A stretch of DNA of 64,000 nucleotides, from NCBI GenBank assembly GCA_963818475.1, contig CAWFSF010000006.1, forward strand, positions 992,001 to 1,056,000. The letters are read 5' to 3'. Shown here in pieces: positions 21,288-30,550 of this stretch. A program made the translations under genes and the position numbers. The notes beneath the pieces are model-generated. The model did not search any database and was not told where the DNA came from. It saw nothing but the letters and a program-made list of their open reading frames with translations. The DNA comes from Nitrospirota bacterium (GTDB lineage: Bacteria; Nitrospirota; UBA9217). Within the stretch, counting starts at the first letter, position 1. The number at the start of each line of letters is the position of its first letter.

Positions 21288-22268
21288 ATGAATAAAATGA
21301 GGCACGTAACCACTATCATGCTGTTGGTCGTATCGCTCGTACTGACACTGAGTACCCAGAGCGGTTGTGCGTCAATGTCGGGTGCGGTGAAGGATGATAC
21401 CACTCGAACCAAGACCTCAAAAGAACTTCCCCAGTCAAGCACGGTATCCGATTATAAAGGCCCGAAACTCAGAGTCGGCGTAGTCAATTTCCAGAACAAA
21501 ACCCCTTCGCGGGTCCTCGGGATCGGTGAAGCTGCTGCTGATGTTCTGGGTACCATCCTGCAGAGAACCGACCGGTTCATCGTCATTCCCCAGCAGGACC
21601 TGGATTCCATCCTGGAACAGCAGCGTATGGGGGCTACGGGTACGATCAATCCGGAGACAGCCGCTGAAATGGGGAAAATTCTTGGGCTGAATGCGATCGT
21701 GACGGGCGCTGTTACGGCTTATTCCGAAGCAGAAGAGGGCAGCGATTTTATCGTCGGCAGGAGCAAGACGCAGATCGCACGGGTGACCGTTGATTACCGC
21801 ATTGTCGACACGACTACGGGCGTCCAGCTGATGGCTGATTCCGGGGCGGGAGAATATCGAAAAAAGGTCATGACCGTGCTTGGTGCCGGAAGCAAAGCCA
21901 GCTATGATTCCGACCTCCGTGACGGTGCGCTCAGGGATGCCCTGAACAAGGCCATGGTCAATATGATGCAGAAACTGGGATCCAGAAAATGGAACGGAAG
22001 GATCGCCCAGGTTGACGGCAACAGCCTCTATATTAACGCAGGCCAAAAAAGCGGTTTGAATGTGGGAGACAAACTTGATGTGTTCAGGCCGGGCAAGGAG
22101 ATCATTGATCCTGTCACCAAAATGAAACTGGGAACAACCGAGAGCAGGATCGGTCAGGCCATTGTTCAGCAGAATGATATCGGCGACTCCGCGGACCTTT
22201 CCATAGCAGCGCCGACCTCCGGAACAGGTTTCAGGGCCGGCGATATCGTAAAGCTTGGGACAAAGTAG
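21288..22268 (+). CDS. CsgG/HfaB-family lipoprotein with FlgT-C-like domain
   Basis: RVGVVNF.NK, TDRF.V, ILEQQ, GKILG, RIVDTTTG; YINAG..GL.VGD. Confidence 0.8.
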   Translation: MNKMRHVTTIMLLVVSLVLTLSTQSGCASMSGAVKDDTTRTKTSKELPQSSTVSDYKGPKLRVGVVNFQNKTPSRVLGIGEAAADVLGTILQRTDRFIVIPQQDLDSILEQQRMGATGTINPETAAEMGKILGLNAIVTGAVTAYSEAEEGSDFIVGRSKTQIARVTVDYRIVDTTTGVQLMADSGAGEYRKKVMTVLGAGSKASYDSDLRDGALRDALNKAMVNMMQKLGSRKWNGRIAQVDGNSLYINAGQKSGLNVGDKLDVFRPGKEIIDPVTKMKLGTTESRIGQAIVQQNDIGDSADLSIAAPTSGTGFRAGDIVKLGTK

Positions 22269-22471
22269 CCTGACGGTCAACGGTGCGGCTGAGAGCAGTT
22301 GGACACGGATACCAGAAGTAGGAGCTTCTAAAACGAAATCGGATAAGAGCCGGATAACGAAGGATTTTTTTGATACGAGGTTCACCTAATAAGTGAATGC
22401 TTTAGAATTTATCCGTGTTAATCAGATATTCATCCGCCTCTTCCGTGTTCAAAAATAGTTGTTTTAGAATT

Positions 22472-22507
22472 GGCCGCCCGTTGCTATCGGGCGGCCTTTT
22501 ATTTTTC
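22472..22507 (+). terminator. Intrinsic terminator
   Basis: GGCCGCCCG-TTGCTAT-CGGGCGGCC-TTTTATTTTT. Confidence 0.8.
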
Positions 22508-22524
22508 TGACAGATGAATTGGGC

Positions 22525-22579
22525 TTGACGCGGGAATGCAGACATGATATAAATGTGAAAATTGAAAATGGTTATCAAT
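22525..22579 (+). promoter_or_regulatory. fur promoter with downstream Fur box
   Basis: TTGACG-17 nt-TATAAA; palindrome ATTGAAAATGGTTATCAAT at 22561-22579 (7-1-7 TGAAAAT-G-GTTATCA). Confidence 0.7.
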
Positions 22580-22587
22580 ATCAAACT

Positions 22588-23028
22588 ATGCGGAAAAAAC
22601 CGACAGAGCATCTGACCGAGTATCTCGCTGTAAAAGGGCTCAAATCGACATCGCAACGCGATAAAATCCTGAAGGTTTTTGTCGATTCCGGACAACACCT
22701 GAGTGCTGAAGAGCTTTTTCTCAGGGTGAAGAAGCTCCATCCCGGCATTGGGTATGCCACGGTGTACCGGACGCTGAAACTTCTTGCTGAAGCGGGGCTT
22801 GCACAGGAACGACGATTCGAAGATGGTTTCACCCGTTACGAACATGCGAACACTGATACGCACCACGACCACCTCATTTGCACACGGTGCGGTGCCATCA
22901 TCGAGTTCGAAAATGAACGAATTGAACAGCTCCAGCAAGACGTAGCCAAAAAGAACCGGTTTAAGGTTCAAACGCATAAGCTGGAACTGTACGGGCTCTG
23001 TGCAGAATGCCAGGAGAAAAAGAACTAA
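22588..23028 (+). CDS. fur: Ferric uptake regulator
   Basis: T.QR..IL, HLSAEE, ATVYRTL, HHDHLIC..CG, LYGLC.EC. Confidence 0.95.
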   Translation: MRKKPTEHLTEYLAVKGLKSTSQRDKILKVFVDSGQHLSAEELFLRVKKLHPGIGYATVYRTLKLLAEAGLAQERRFEDGFTRYEHANTDTHHDHLICTRCGAIIEFENERIEQLQQDVAKKNRFKVQTHKLELYGLCAECQEKKN

Positions 23029-24128
23029 TACAAACGCACTAAGTAATGTTACAAAGTCGCCTGATTTTGTGCTTTGACCACGAGTCAAGCGTCCTCTGGA
23101 CCGTTGCCCAGATTGCATCAAGGTTTTCGAACCACCGGTTGGTGGTTGATTCATAGCGAATCTGTCGCCATATCCGTTCCTGCATATTCAAAGCAGGCTG
23201 ATATGGAGGTAAGTACACAATCCGGAGTCGCTTATGTTTTCGGAGGAACTCCCAGATCGGATCACCCTTATGCCAACGAGCGCGGTCAACATACAGCCAG
23301 ATAGTGTAGCCGCGAAGCTGGCTATAAAGGTGCCGCAGCACTTTGAGAAAGCCTTCTCGGTTGCCACGTTCCGTTTGGATCAAGCCGGCACGACCCAGAA
23401 GAGGAGCCACCCAGCCGGAAACATTCAAACGTTTCTGATGCTGGCTGGTTGTTGGAACTTTCAGCCGTTTTCCGATAAGTGCCCAGACGCGCCCAAGCCG
23501 AGGGTGCAGAGTAAAACCGCATTCGTCCTGAAAGACCACGGTTTCTTTAAGACCCAGCTTTTTGAGTTTTTTTTAGATTCCGGGCGAATTTCTTCGCGTC
23601 TTCTGCCTTTGCCTGGAGATAAACGTGATTTGCACGTTTTAACCGATACCCAAGTTGGTGCATCCAGTATTGGGCCTGACGAACTTTCAGTTTTATCCCG
23701 AACTGGCGCTGTAAATGGGTTGCCAAAGTGGGGCCATCCCATCGAACACGATTTAAGCCAAACTTCTGGGGCGATTCCTCCAGTTGAAGCTCTAGCTGAG
23801 CTACAACCTTAGGAGTCATCCGAACTGGACGGCCTGACTGCTTTTTCGGGACAAGGGCTTCTACTCCGTCCTTGTTTACCGCCCGCGTCCAGCGGTTTAC
23901 ATTCATCCGGGTCTGGCCGAGGACCTCTGAGATCCACCCCGGTCGTTGCCCTTCCAGTACCAAGAGAAGGGTGGCTATCTTTATGCCGATCCATGCGCCC
24001 GGCACCTTCTCTGCAAGTGCCAGTAATTGCTCTTTGGACACCTTGATTGGGCTTAAAGGGGACGTTTTCATTCCCCCAACATAACATAAATGAAGGTTAA
24101 AATGTAACAATATTTACTGCGTTTGTAT
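23028..24128 (-). mobile_element. IS630-family insertion sequence (~1.1 kb)
   Basis: 26-bp terminal IRs (23028-23053 and 24103-24128, 3 mismatches); TA duplication at 23026-27 and 24129-30; reconstructed target CTAG. Confidence 0.93.
23039..24071 (-). CDS. IS630 transposase (HTH orfA plus DDE orfB joined by frameshift at an A8 run near 23567-23574)
   Basis: orfA HTH (SGRP, RWDG); orfB FQDE...DRARWH...LPPYQPALN.QERIW. Confidence 0.92.
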
Positions 24129-24188
24129 TAGATCTACAGGTGAGATGAAATAGGTTTTAAGTTTATTGAAAGCGAGGATGTCTGCCGC

Positions 24189-26174
24189 ATGCATGACCAT
24201 GGCTCTACTAAAAGCGACCACTACCGCAACTCCAACCTGCATAAGGTTCTTCTTATCGGCAATCCGAATGTGGGAAAAAGTGCGCTTTTTGGCCTGCTCA
24301 CCGGGACCTATGTCACTGTTTCCAATTACCCGGGGACTACGGTTGAAGTGACCTACGGGAACGCTGAATTGAACAAAATACGAACACTCGTGATCGACAC
24401 ACCCGGTGTGAACAGCCTGATTCCCATGTCGGAAGATGAAAAGGTCACCCGGGATATTCTTCTCACGGATAAAGCTGGTGTCGTGGTCCAGGTTGCCGAT
24501 ACCAAAAATCTTCGACGAGGTCTTCTGATAACGCTTCAACTTGCGGAGATGTCGGTTCCCTTTATTCTGGACCTGAACATGGATGATGAGGCCAGAAGCC
24601 GCGGCATCGTTATTGACCAGAACAGGCTTTCAGAACTCCTCGGCATCGAAGTGGTCAAAACCGTTGCCATACGGCGCAGCGGCATTGATAAACTGTTAAA
24701 AGGCATCCAGCATCCCCGGCCATCGATCATCGATGTGCGTTATGACGATGCCATAGAGGGGGGAGTGAGGGATATTTCGTCTCTCCTGCCGGAAGCGTAC
24801 ATAGCGCGGCGGGCGCTTGCGCTTATGATCCTGTCAGGAGACGAGAGCCTGAATGCATGGCTCCATGCGAACATGCAGGACCATGTGATCGCCGAGATAG
24901 AAAGGATCAGGCAGGCTGTCCAGTCAAAATTCAATAACTCACTTGGTTATCTGATCAACCAGCGCCGAATGAAAAAAGCCGACGAGATCCTGGCGCAGGT
25001 CCTGACCCGTCACGAAGCCGGAAAGAGTTCTGCTGTTGCTTTCAACATCGGCAGGTGGTCCATGCATCCGGTCTATGGGTTGCCGATCCTTCTGGGGGTC
25101 CTGTATATCGTGTATCAGTTTGTCGGCGTTCTGGGCGCAGGCACTGCTGTCAATTTTCTGGAAAAGACCGTTTTCGGCGTCTATTTGAACCCCTGGGCCA
25201 TCAAGATCGTTCATTTTATTCTGCCGGTCCCGTTCCTGCAGGAAATGATCGTTGGAGATTATGGACTTTTTACCATGGCGCTTACGTATGCCATCGCCAT
25301 CGTTCTGCCGATCGTGGGGTTCTTCTTCATCGCGTTCGGTCTGCTGGAAGACTCGGGATATCTTCCGAGACTCGCCGTTATGGTGAACAGGGTGTTCAAG
25401 ATCATGGGGTTGAACGGCAAAGCGGTACTGCCGATGATCCTCGGCCTGGGATGCGATACCATGGCAACGCTCACGACCCGTATTCTGGAGACCAAGAAGG
25501 AACGAATTCTCGTGACGCTCCTTCTGGCGCTCGGAGTTCCCTGTTCAGCACAACTGGGCGTGATCCTTGGACTGGTTGCCGGGCTTTCGGGCCTGGCAAC
25601 GATTATCTGGCTCGGTACGCTTCTGGCGGTCATACTGCTCGTGGGCTATCTTGCGGCAAAGATCATTCCTGGAGAACCATCGGATTTTGTCCTCGAACTG
25701 CCGCCTATACGAGTTCCGCAACTGGCCAACATCATGGTAAAAACCCTTGCGCGCGTGCAGTGGTACCTGAAGGAAGCTGTGCCGCTGTTTATGCTCGGTA
25801 CGTTCATCCTGTTTATTGCTCATAAAGTGGGTGCTCTCGCGTATATCCAGGCGATGACCGACCCGATCGTGGTCAATTTCCTTGGTCTGCCGAGCAGGGC
25901 TGCAGAAGCCTTTGTCATTGGATTTTTGCGTCGAGATTATGGAGCTGCAGGGCTTTTTATGCTTGCCAAGGAGGGTTTGCTTGACCCCATCCAGATCGTG
26001 GTGAGTCTTACGGTAATGACTTTGTTCGTGCCGTGCATCGCCAACTTTTTCATGATGGCCAAAGAACGCGGCATGAAAACGGCGCTGTATATGGTTGCCT
26101 TTATCTTCCCCTTTGCCTTTGCAGTAGGGGGGGCGCTGAACTGGGTGCTCAGGACCTTCGACATACAATTGTGA
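24189..26174 (+). CDS. feoB: Ferrous iron transporter B
   Basis: GNPNVGKS, NYPGTTV, DTPG, NMDD, LEDSGYLPR, Gate-domain PC motifs. Confidence 0.96.
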   Translation: MHDHGSTKSDHYRNSNLHKVLLIGNPNVGKSALFGLLTGTYVTVSNYPGTTVEVTYGNAELNKIRTLVIDTPGVNSLIPMSEDEKVTRDILLTDKAGVVVQVADTKNLRRGLLITLQLAEMSVPFILDLNMDDEARSRGIVIDQNRLSELLGIEVVKTVAIRRSGIDKLLKGIQHPRPSIIDVRYDDAIEGGVRDISSLLPEAYIARRALALMILSGDESLNAWLHANMQDHVIAEIERIRQAVQSKFNNSLGYLINQRRMKKADEILAQVLTRHEAGKSSAVAFNIGRWSMHPVYGLPILLGVLYIVYQFVGVLGAGTAVNFLEKTVFGVYLNPWAIKIVHFILPVPFLQEMIVGDYGLFTMALTYAIAIVLPIVGFFFIAFGLLEDSGYLPRLAVMVNRVFKIMGLNGKAVLPMILGLGCDTMATLTTRILETKKERILVTLLLALGVPCSAQLGVILGLVAGLSGLATIIWLGTLLAVILLVGYLAAKIIPGEPSDFVLELPPIRVPQLANIMVKTLARVQWYLKEAVPLFMLGTFILFIAHKVGALAYIQAMTDPIVVNFLGLPSRAAEAFVIGFLRRDYGAAGLFMLAKEGLLDPIQIVVSLTVMTLFVPCIANFFMMAKERGMKTALYMVAFIFPFAFAVGGALNWVLRTFDIQL

Positions 26175-26280
26175 AAAAAGTGATTCAGTATATGCAGGAC
26201 GAGCTGATCCCGTGTCATAATACTGATTTTGAACTGATTGATGCATCACTTGTTTCTACGATCATGAGGAGGGATTAGCC

Positions 26281-26989
26281 ATGTCAGAACTTAAAAGAAT
26301 TGACACTCTTGAGGGGAAAGCCGGCCATCCTGCACTCTGCGTATTGCCTGAGATCGAAAAAGAAGATGAACTGTTTGAGATCATATGGACATTAAAAGAA
26401 GAAGGAAATCTTACGTCTAGAGCAGATCATTCAGAGCTGTACGATAAAAGAATGTGAATCCATCCTCGCGGATCTGGCCAAGCATGGATGGATAGAGCTG
26501 AAAGGTCAAACTATTGAACTTCTCCCGAAGGGAGAGCAAAGAGCGCGTGAGCTTGTTCGGAGGCATCGTTTATCGCTTCGATTGTTCTATGATCTTTTTG
26601 CCCTGGATGGTGCAGAAGCAGAGGCATGCAAGTTTGAGCATATCCTTTCGCCCGAAGTAACAGACAGCGTCTGCACGTTGCTTGGACATCCGCCGAATTC
26701 TCCGGACGGCAAGCCGATACCGCGGGGGCAATGCTGTACCATGTTCCGGCAGGAAATGAAGCCGCTCGTAGCGCCGCTTGCTGACCTTATGCCCGGGGAA
26801 CAGGGAAAGATCGTCTTTATTACTCCGGGTTCCCATTCCCGTCTCGACAGGCTATCTGCAATGGGAGTTGTTCCGGGAAGCGTTGTAAAACTGCATCAGA
26901 AAAAACCATCCTATGTGCTGCAACTGGGGGAGACCATGATTGCTGTTGATAAGGACATTACCAAAGAGATATTTGTGAAAAAGGTCTGA
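26281..26989 (+). CDS. DtxR-like metal-dependent regulator fused to FeoA (frameshift near 26416)
   Basis: Manual translation: EDELFEIIW..., VRRHRLS.RLF, EAC.FEH.LS, LGHP...PDGKPIP, then C-terminal FeoA (RL.AMG.VPG). Confidence 0.85.
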
Positions 26990-27137
26990 AGAGATGCGGA
27001 GCGCGGACGAGGCTGAGACTCCAGGGACAGCGATACACTGAAATGAGAGTTCTCTCAGCGACGCCTGTCTGGTTTTCTTTAAAAGAGCAGGGTATTCAAA
27101 AATTGACAGCGAGATGCTTTTATGCTTTAATGAACCA

Positions 27138-27701
27138 ATGAACAACAGCATTACAGGTTTTAATCTGCCCGACATCCTCCTGCTGATCGCCATGCAGGGC
27201 CTGACAGGAGAACTTGAACTGGAGTCAGGGAATAATATCGGCAGCATGCTTTTTTATCAAGGGCGCATCCTTCACGCGTTATCCCCCTATTCGCGTGCTA
27301 TAGGCGACTTACTTGTGGAAGAGGGCCTCGTTACCGAGTCGGAACTGATCGATACGCTGAAGCAGCAGAAGACCCAGACCCATACACCGCTCGGTTGCTT
27401 ATTCCTGAATTCGGGACGGGTAAGCTTCGAGACCATTGAAATGATGGTCCATGCACAGATTCGCGATGCAGTAAAAGAGTTCCTGTCCTGGGAGCGCCTG
27501 TCCTTCGGTTTCGTAAAAAAAGAGATTCAGCCCTATGATAAAATCAACATGGTAGTGCACGAATTCATCCCGCCGGCAGTACTTACGTCTGCAAAACTGT
27601 ACCTGTGCGACGCTTACTGCAAATCAGCAATCCCCACCTGCCGCTTCTTCAACCAAAGCATCCTGAACAGCCGAGAGCATGGTGTACTCAGCGCGATCTG
27701 A
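27138..27701 (+). CDS. DUF4388-domain protein
   Basis: FNLPDILLLI..QGLTGEL, IGDLLV..G, L..Q......LG. Confidence 0.75.
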   Translation: MNNSITGFNLPDILLLIAMQGLTGELELESGNNIGSMLFYQGRILHALSPYSRAIGDLLVEEGLVTESELIDTLKQQKTQTHTPLGCLFLNSGRVSFETIEMMVHAQIRDAVKEFLSWERLSFGFVKKEIQPYDKINMVVHEFIPPAVLTSAKLYLCDAYCKSAIPTCRFFNQSILNSREHGVLSAI

Positions 27702-28236
27702 CTTTCTTAAGTGCAGCCCGCAATAATCCACGAGCTTCATTAAAGAGCTCGACCATGTCCTTCCGGCGAAAATCAGGATAGGTGTGCTCGAGGGCTACGA
27801 ACGTCCTGCCTTGTTCCCGATACTGGAGCGTAACTTCAGCATAGATATGCCGGCCGATATACACCCGGTGCGAAAAATCCTTGGTTGATGCAAGGACCAC
27901 TTTGGCTTCAGTGACATACCCCGGGTCGATGTTGATGCGGCGATTGCCGCTCACTGCGTGGGAAAGACGCTTCTCGATCAGGTTGGTCATGTTCTTTACC
28001 AGGGCAAGCTGTTCAGGATCCAGCAGGAGTTCAAAGAATATGAAGGTTCGCAGGAGGCCTGTGCCCATCTCTTGTTGATAATATTCAGTCTGGTCCCATG
28101 CTACGATTGGCGCACGCATATCCAGAGGGCCAAATTCCGTGCACAGGAGCTCAGCACATTCATCGAAGAGGGGCCGTTCACGAGAAATCATGCCGACGAA
28201 CAATTTAACCGGAATGGGTTGACGTATATTAGCCAT
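27688..28236 (-). CDS. DUF4416-family protein
   Basis: T.YY..EMG, RRINIDPGY, LASTKDFSHR.Y, YPD. Confidence 0.85.
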   Translation of the reverse strand: MANIRQPIPVKLFVGMISRERPLFDECAELLCTEFGPLDMRAPIVAWDQTEYYQQEMGTGLLRTFIFFELLLDPEQLALVKNMTNLIEKRLSHAVSGNRRINIDPGYVTEAKVVLASTKDFSHRVYIGRHIYAEVTLQYREQGRTFVALEHTYPDFRRKDMVELFNEARGLLRAALKKVRSR

Positions 28237-28495
28237 GACGCACTGTTTCTTACTCAATAATGTAGCGGGATAAACCTGCAGGCCCTGTCCCGGCCTACAG
28301 GCAAAGATTAATAGAGACCGCGCTTAATACGATGGTATTTATCCGCATAGTGGACCTTGTCATCTTACCCATCATCATTTTTGGATTATAGCACAGTACT
28401 CTCCTATAATAAACCAGATCTGTATCCAGCTCAGGCTCCTTCATTGGAGACTGTTTTACTCTTGACAAGGATGTAATCTTTGATATAGTAGCGCA

Positions 28496-28903
28496 ATGGA
28501 GATTACTCGAGAAGGTGATTACGGGATACGAAGTGTCCTATATTTGGCACGCCAGCCGTTCAAAAAGATCTGCTTTGTCAACGAGATCTCGGAAGAGTAT
28601 AAAATTCCCCGCAGTTTTCTAGCTAAAATACTTCAAAAACTCGTAAAAGCCAAGATCGTTCGTTCCTACCGCGGGGTGAAGGGCGGATTCTCCCTTGCAA
28701 AACAAGCCAGGGATATCTCCGTTCTGAATGTTCTGGAGGCAATCCAGGGAAAGCTTGCTCTTAATATCTGCCTTGCAGATAAAAAGCTGTGCAACTTTTC
28801 CCGACATTGTCCGGTTTGTTCTGTGTGGGCAACAGCGCAGTCCAAGGTTGTTGAAGTCCTTAGTAAAGCTAATTTTGAAGATATGGCGAGAGGCAAGGGA
28901 TGA
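28496..28903 (+). CDS. Rrf2-family transcriptional regulator with three C-terminal Cys
   Basis: DYG.R, FLAKILQKL, RG..GGF.LA, C-x5-C-x5-C. Confidence 0.93.
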   Translation: MEITREGDYGIRSVLYLARQPFKKICFVNEISEEYKIPRSFLAKILQKLVKAKIVRSYRGVKGGFSLAKQARDISVLNVLEAIQGKLALNICLADKKLCNFSRHCPVCSVWATAQSKVVEVLSKANFEDMARGKG

Positions 28904-29000
28904 GCGGTGTAAGCCAGACAGGGGATCAAAAGACATCGCCTGAGCAGAGCTTCAGACAGTATCGTTCTTGATAGATTTTGGCAGATACACGGTGAAATAT

Positions 29001-29042
29001 AAAAACCGCTCCTCGGGCAAAATGCCGGGAGCGGTTTTTTTT
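29001..29042. terminator. Bidirectional intrinsic terminator
   Basis: AAAAACCGCTCC...GGGAGCGGTTTTTTT between convergent genes. Confidence 0.8.
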
Positions 29043-29052
29043 AACGTAATGG

Positions 29053-29409
29053 TCAGCAGCCGACGGGAGCTTTTTTTACCGCAGCAGGCTTTTTCTCGGC
29101 GGCGAAACTTTTTATATACAATACGAGTGACTGCATATCCTCGGATTTAATATCAAGTGCTTTTCCCTTCAGGTTTTCAGTAATGCAGGAATTAATTATG
29201 ACTTCGAGGTCTTTTTTCGCGGCAGCTTTTTCCATGCCTTTCCCGTCTTTATGACAGGTATTGCACGATTTCTCCGTTGTTCCCAGTTTGGGGTCGTTAA
29301 ACAATGCCTTACCCTTATCGACCGTAGCTTCATGACTTGCAGCGAAAACAAAGCCTGAACTACATACAATAACCAGCACAGCGAGTAGAACGAGTTTAAG
29401 CGCTTTCAT
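29053..29409 (-). CDS. Periplasmic monoheme cytochrome c
   Basis: Signal peptide, GKALFNDPKLG...SCNTCH, IN.CI. Confidence 0.88.
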   Translation of the reverse strand: MKALKLVLLAVLVIVCSSGFVFAASHEATVDKGKALFNDPKLGTTEKSCNTCHKDGKGMEKAAAKKDLEVIINSCITENLKGKALDIKSEDMQSLVLYIKSFAAEKKPAAVKKAPVGC

Positions 29410-29582
29410 AGCATCCTCCTAGCATGATATAAAAAAAATGCTGTTTCTTCCTGTTGTATTTCCCGGGCAGGCATTATACGTGCTGTAAACATAGCATATC
29501 CCGTCGCGATGTCAATGGTGACCGTGATATTTGATTATTCCGCTGTTCGCCGGTTTTGCTACTTAACTGCAATATCTTTGAG

Positions 29583-29611
29583 TTGACAAACCGCAAGTAT
29601 GCTGGTAGTAT
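29583..29611 (+). promoter_or_regulatory. Sigma70-like promoter
   Basis: TTGACA-17 nt-TAGTAT with an extended TG. Confidence 0.55.
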
Positions 29612-29659
29612 TCCTGCGAAAAAAGTTCTAAAAAACAGTGCATTATGTCATGGGGGAAA

Positions 29660-30466
29660 ATGTCCACCATTATTACGCTGACGAGTGATTACGGGACAAA
29701 AGACGCTTTTGCAGCGAGTATGAAAGGCGTGGTATATAAGGTCAATCCCCAGGCTCAGATCGTGGATATAACTCATGAAATCGGCCCGCAGGACGTATGG
29801 GAGGCGGCTTTCACTTTGCGAGCGGCTGCTCAGTATTTTCCGAAGGGCACCGTGCATCTTGCTGTGGTTGATCCCGGCGTCGGGAGCGGCCGCCGGCCGA
29901 TCATCGTGGTAACCGAAAGCTATTATTTTGTCGGACCGGACAATGGTTTGTTCAGCCTTATTTATCAGGAAGCAGAGCGGATCCGGGTGCATCATATCAC
30001 TGCGACGCATTATTTTCTCCCGAATCCCGGCCCGACTTTTCATGGGCGGGACATTTTTGCTCCGGTAGCAGGATGGCTGGCTAAAGGGATTCCTTCGGGC
30101 AACTTTGGCGAAGAAATCACAGACTATGTAAAGTTGAACGTACCCGTACCGAAGATTTCGCAAAGCGCGATCGAAGGCCATGTCGTACATGTCGATCGTT
30201 TTGGAAATATTATCACGAACATTTCGTATAAGCATGTTCAGTCGCTGCTTCCCGAGGGTGCGGTTCTGAACACAATACAGGTCGCGCTCATGGGGAAAGA
30301 GATCAGGGGCCTTAAACATTATTATGCAGAAGCGGCACCAGGAGAGTTGAGTGCGATCGTGAACAGTTCAGGCAATCTTGAGATATTCATGTTCAAACAA
30401 AACGCCCGCGCTGCGCTGTCTGCAAAACGCGGCGAAATCGTCAGGATTTCGGTTGCCAGCGCATGA
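29660..30466 (+). CDS. SAM hydroxide adenosyltransferase (DUF62; chlorinase/fluorinase superfamily)
   Basis: ITLTSDYG, VVDPGVG, GPDNG, TFHGRDIFAP, DRFGN. Confidence 0.9.
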   Translation: MSTIITLTSDYGTKDAFAASMKGVVYKVNPQAQIVDITHEIGPQDVWEAAFTLRAAAQYFPKGTVHLAVVDPGVGSGRRPIIVVTESYYFVGPDNGLFSLIYQEAERIRVHHITATHYFLPNPGPTFHGRDIFAPVAGWLAKGIPSGNFGEEITDYVKLNVPVPKISQSAIEGHVVHVDRFGNIITNISYKHVQSLLPEGAVLNTIQVALMGKEIRGLKHYYAEAAPGELSAIVNSSGNLEIFMFKQNARAALSAKRGEIVRISVASA

Positions 30467-30550
30467 TTCTCCCTCTTATGCCGCGCTCTGTCGTTTGCCG
30501 CCTGCAATATATGCCTTGTTTACCATCACCCGCCGGATTATAATATCGTC

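Noticed and set aside
21288-22268. Curli secretion system
   Set aside because: No csgA/B/E/F; the CsgG-like domain is widespread outside curli loci.
23039-24071. IS630 transposase as a pseudogene
   Set aside because: A two-ORF layout with an A-run at the junction is normal programmed frameshifting in this family.
29660-30466. Fluorinase or chlorinase
   Set aside because: Has the HGRD motif typical of widespread DUF62 hydrolases and no halometabolite genes nearby.
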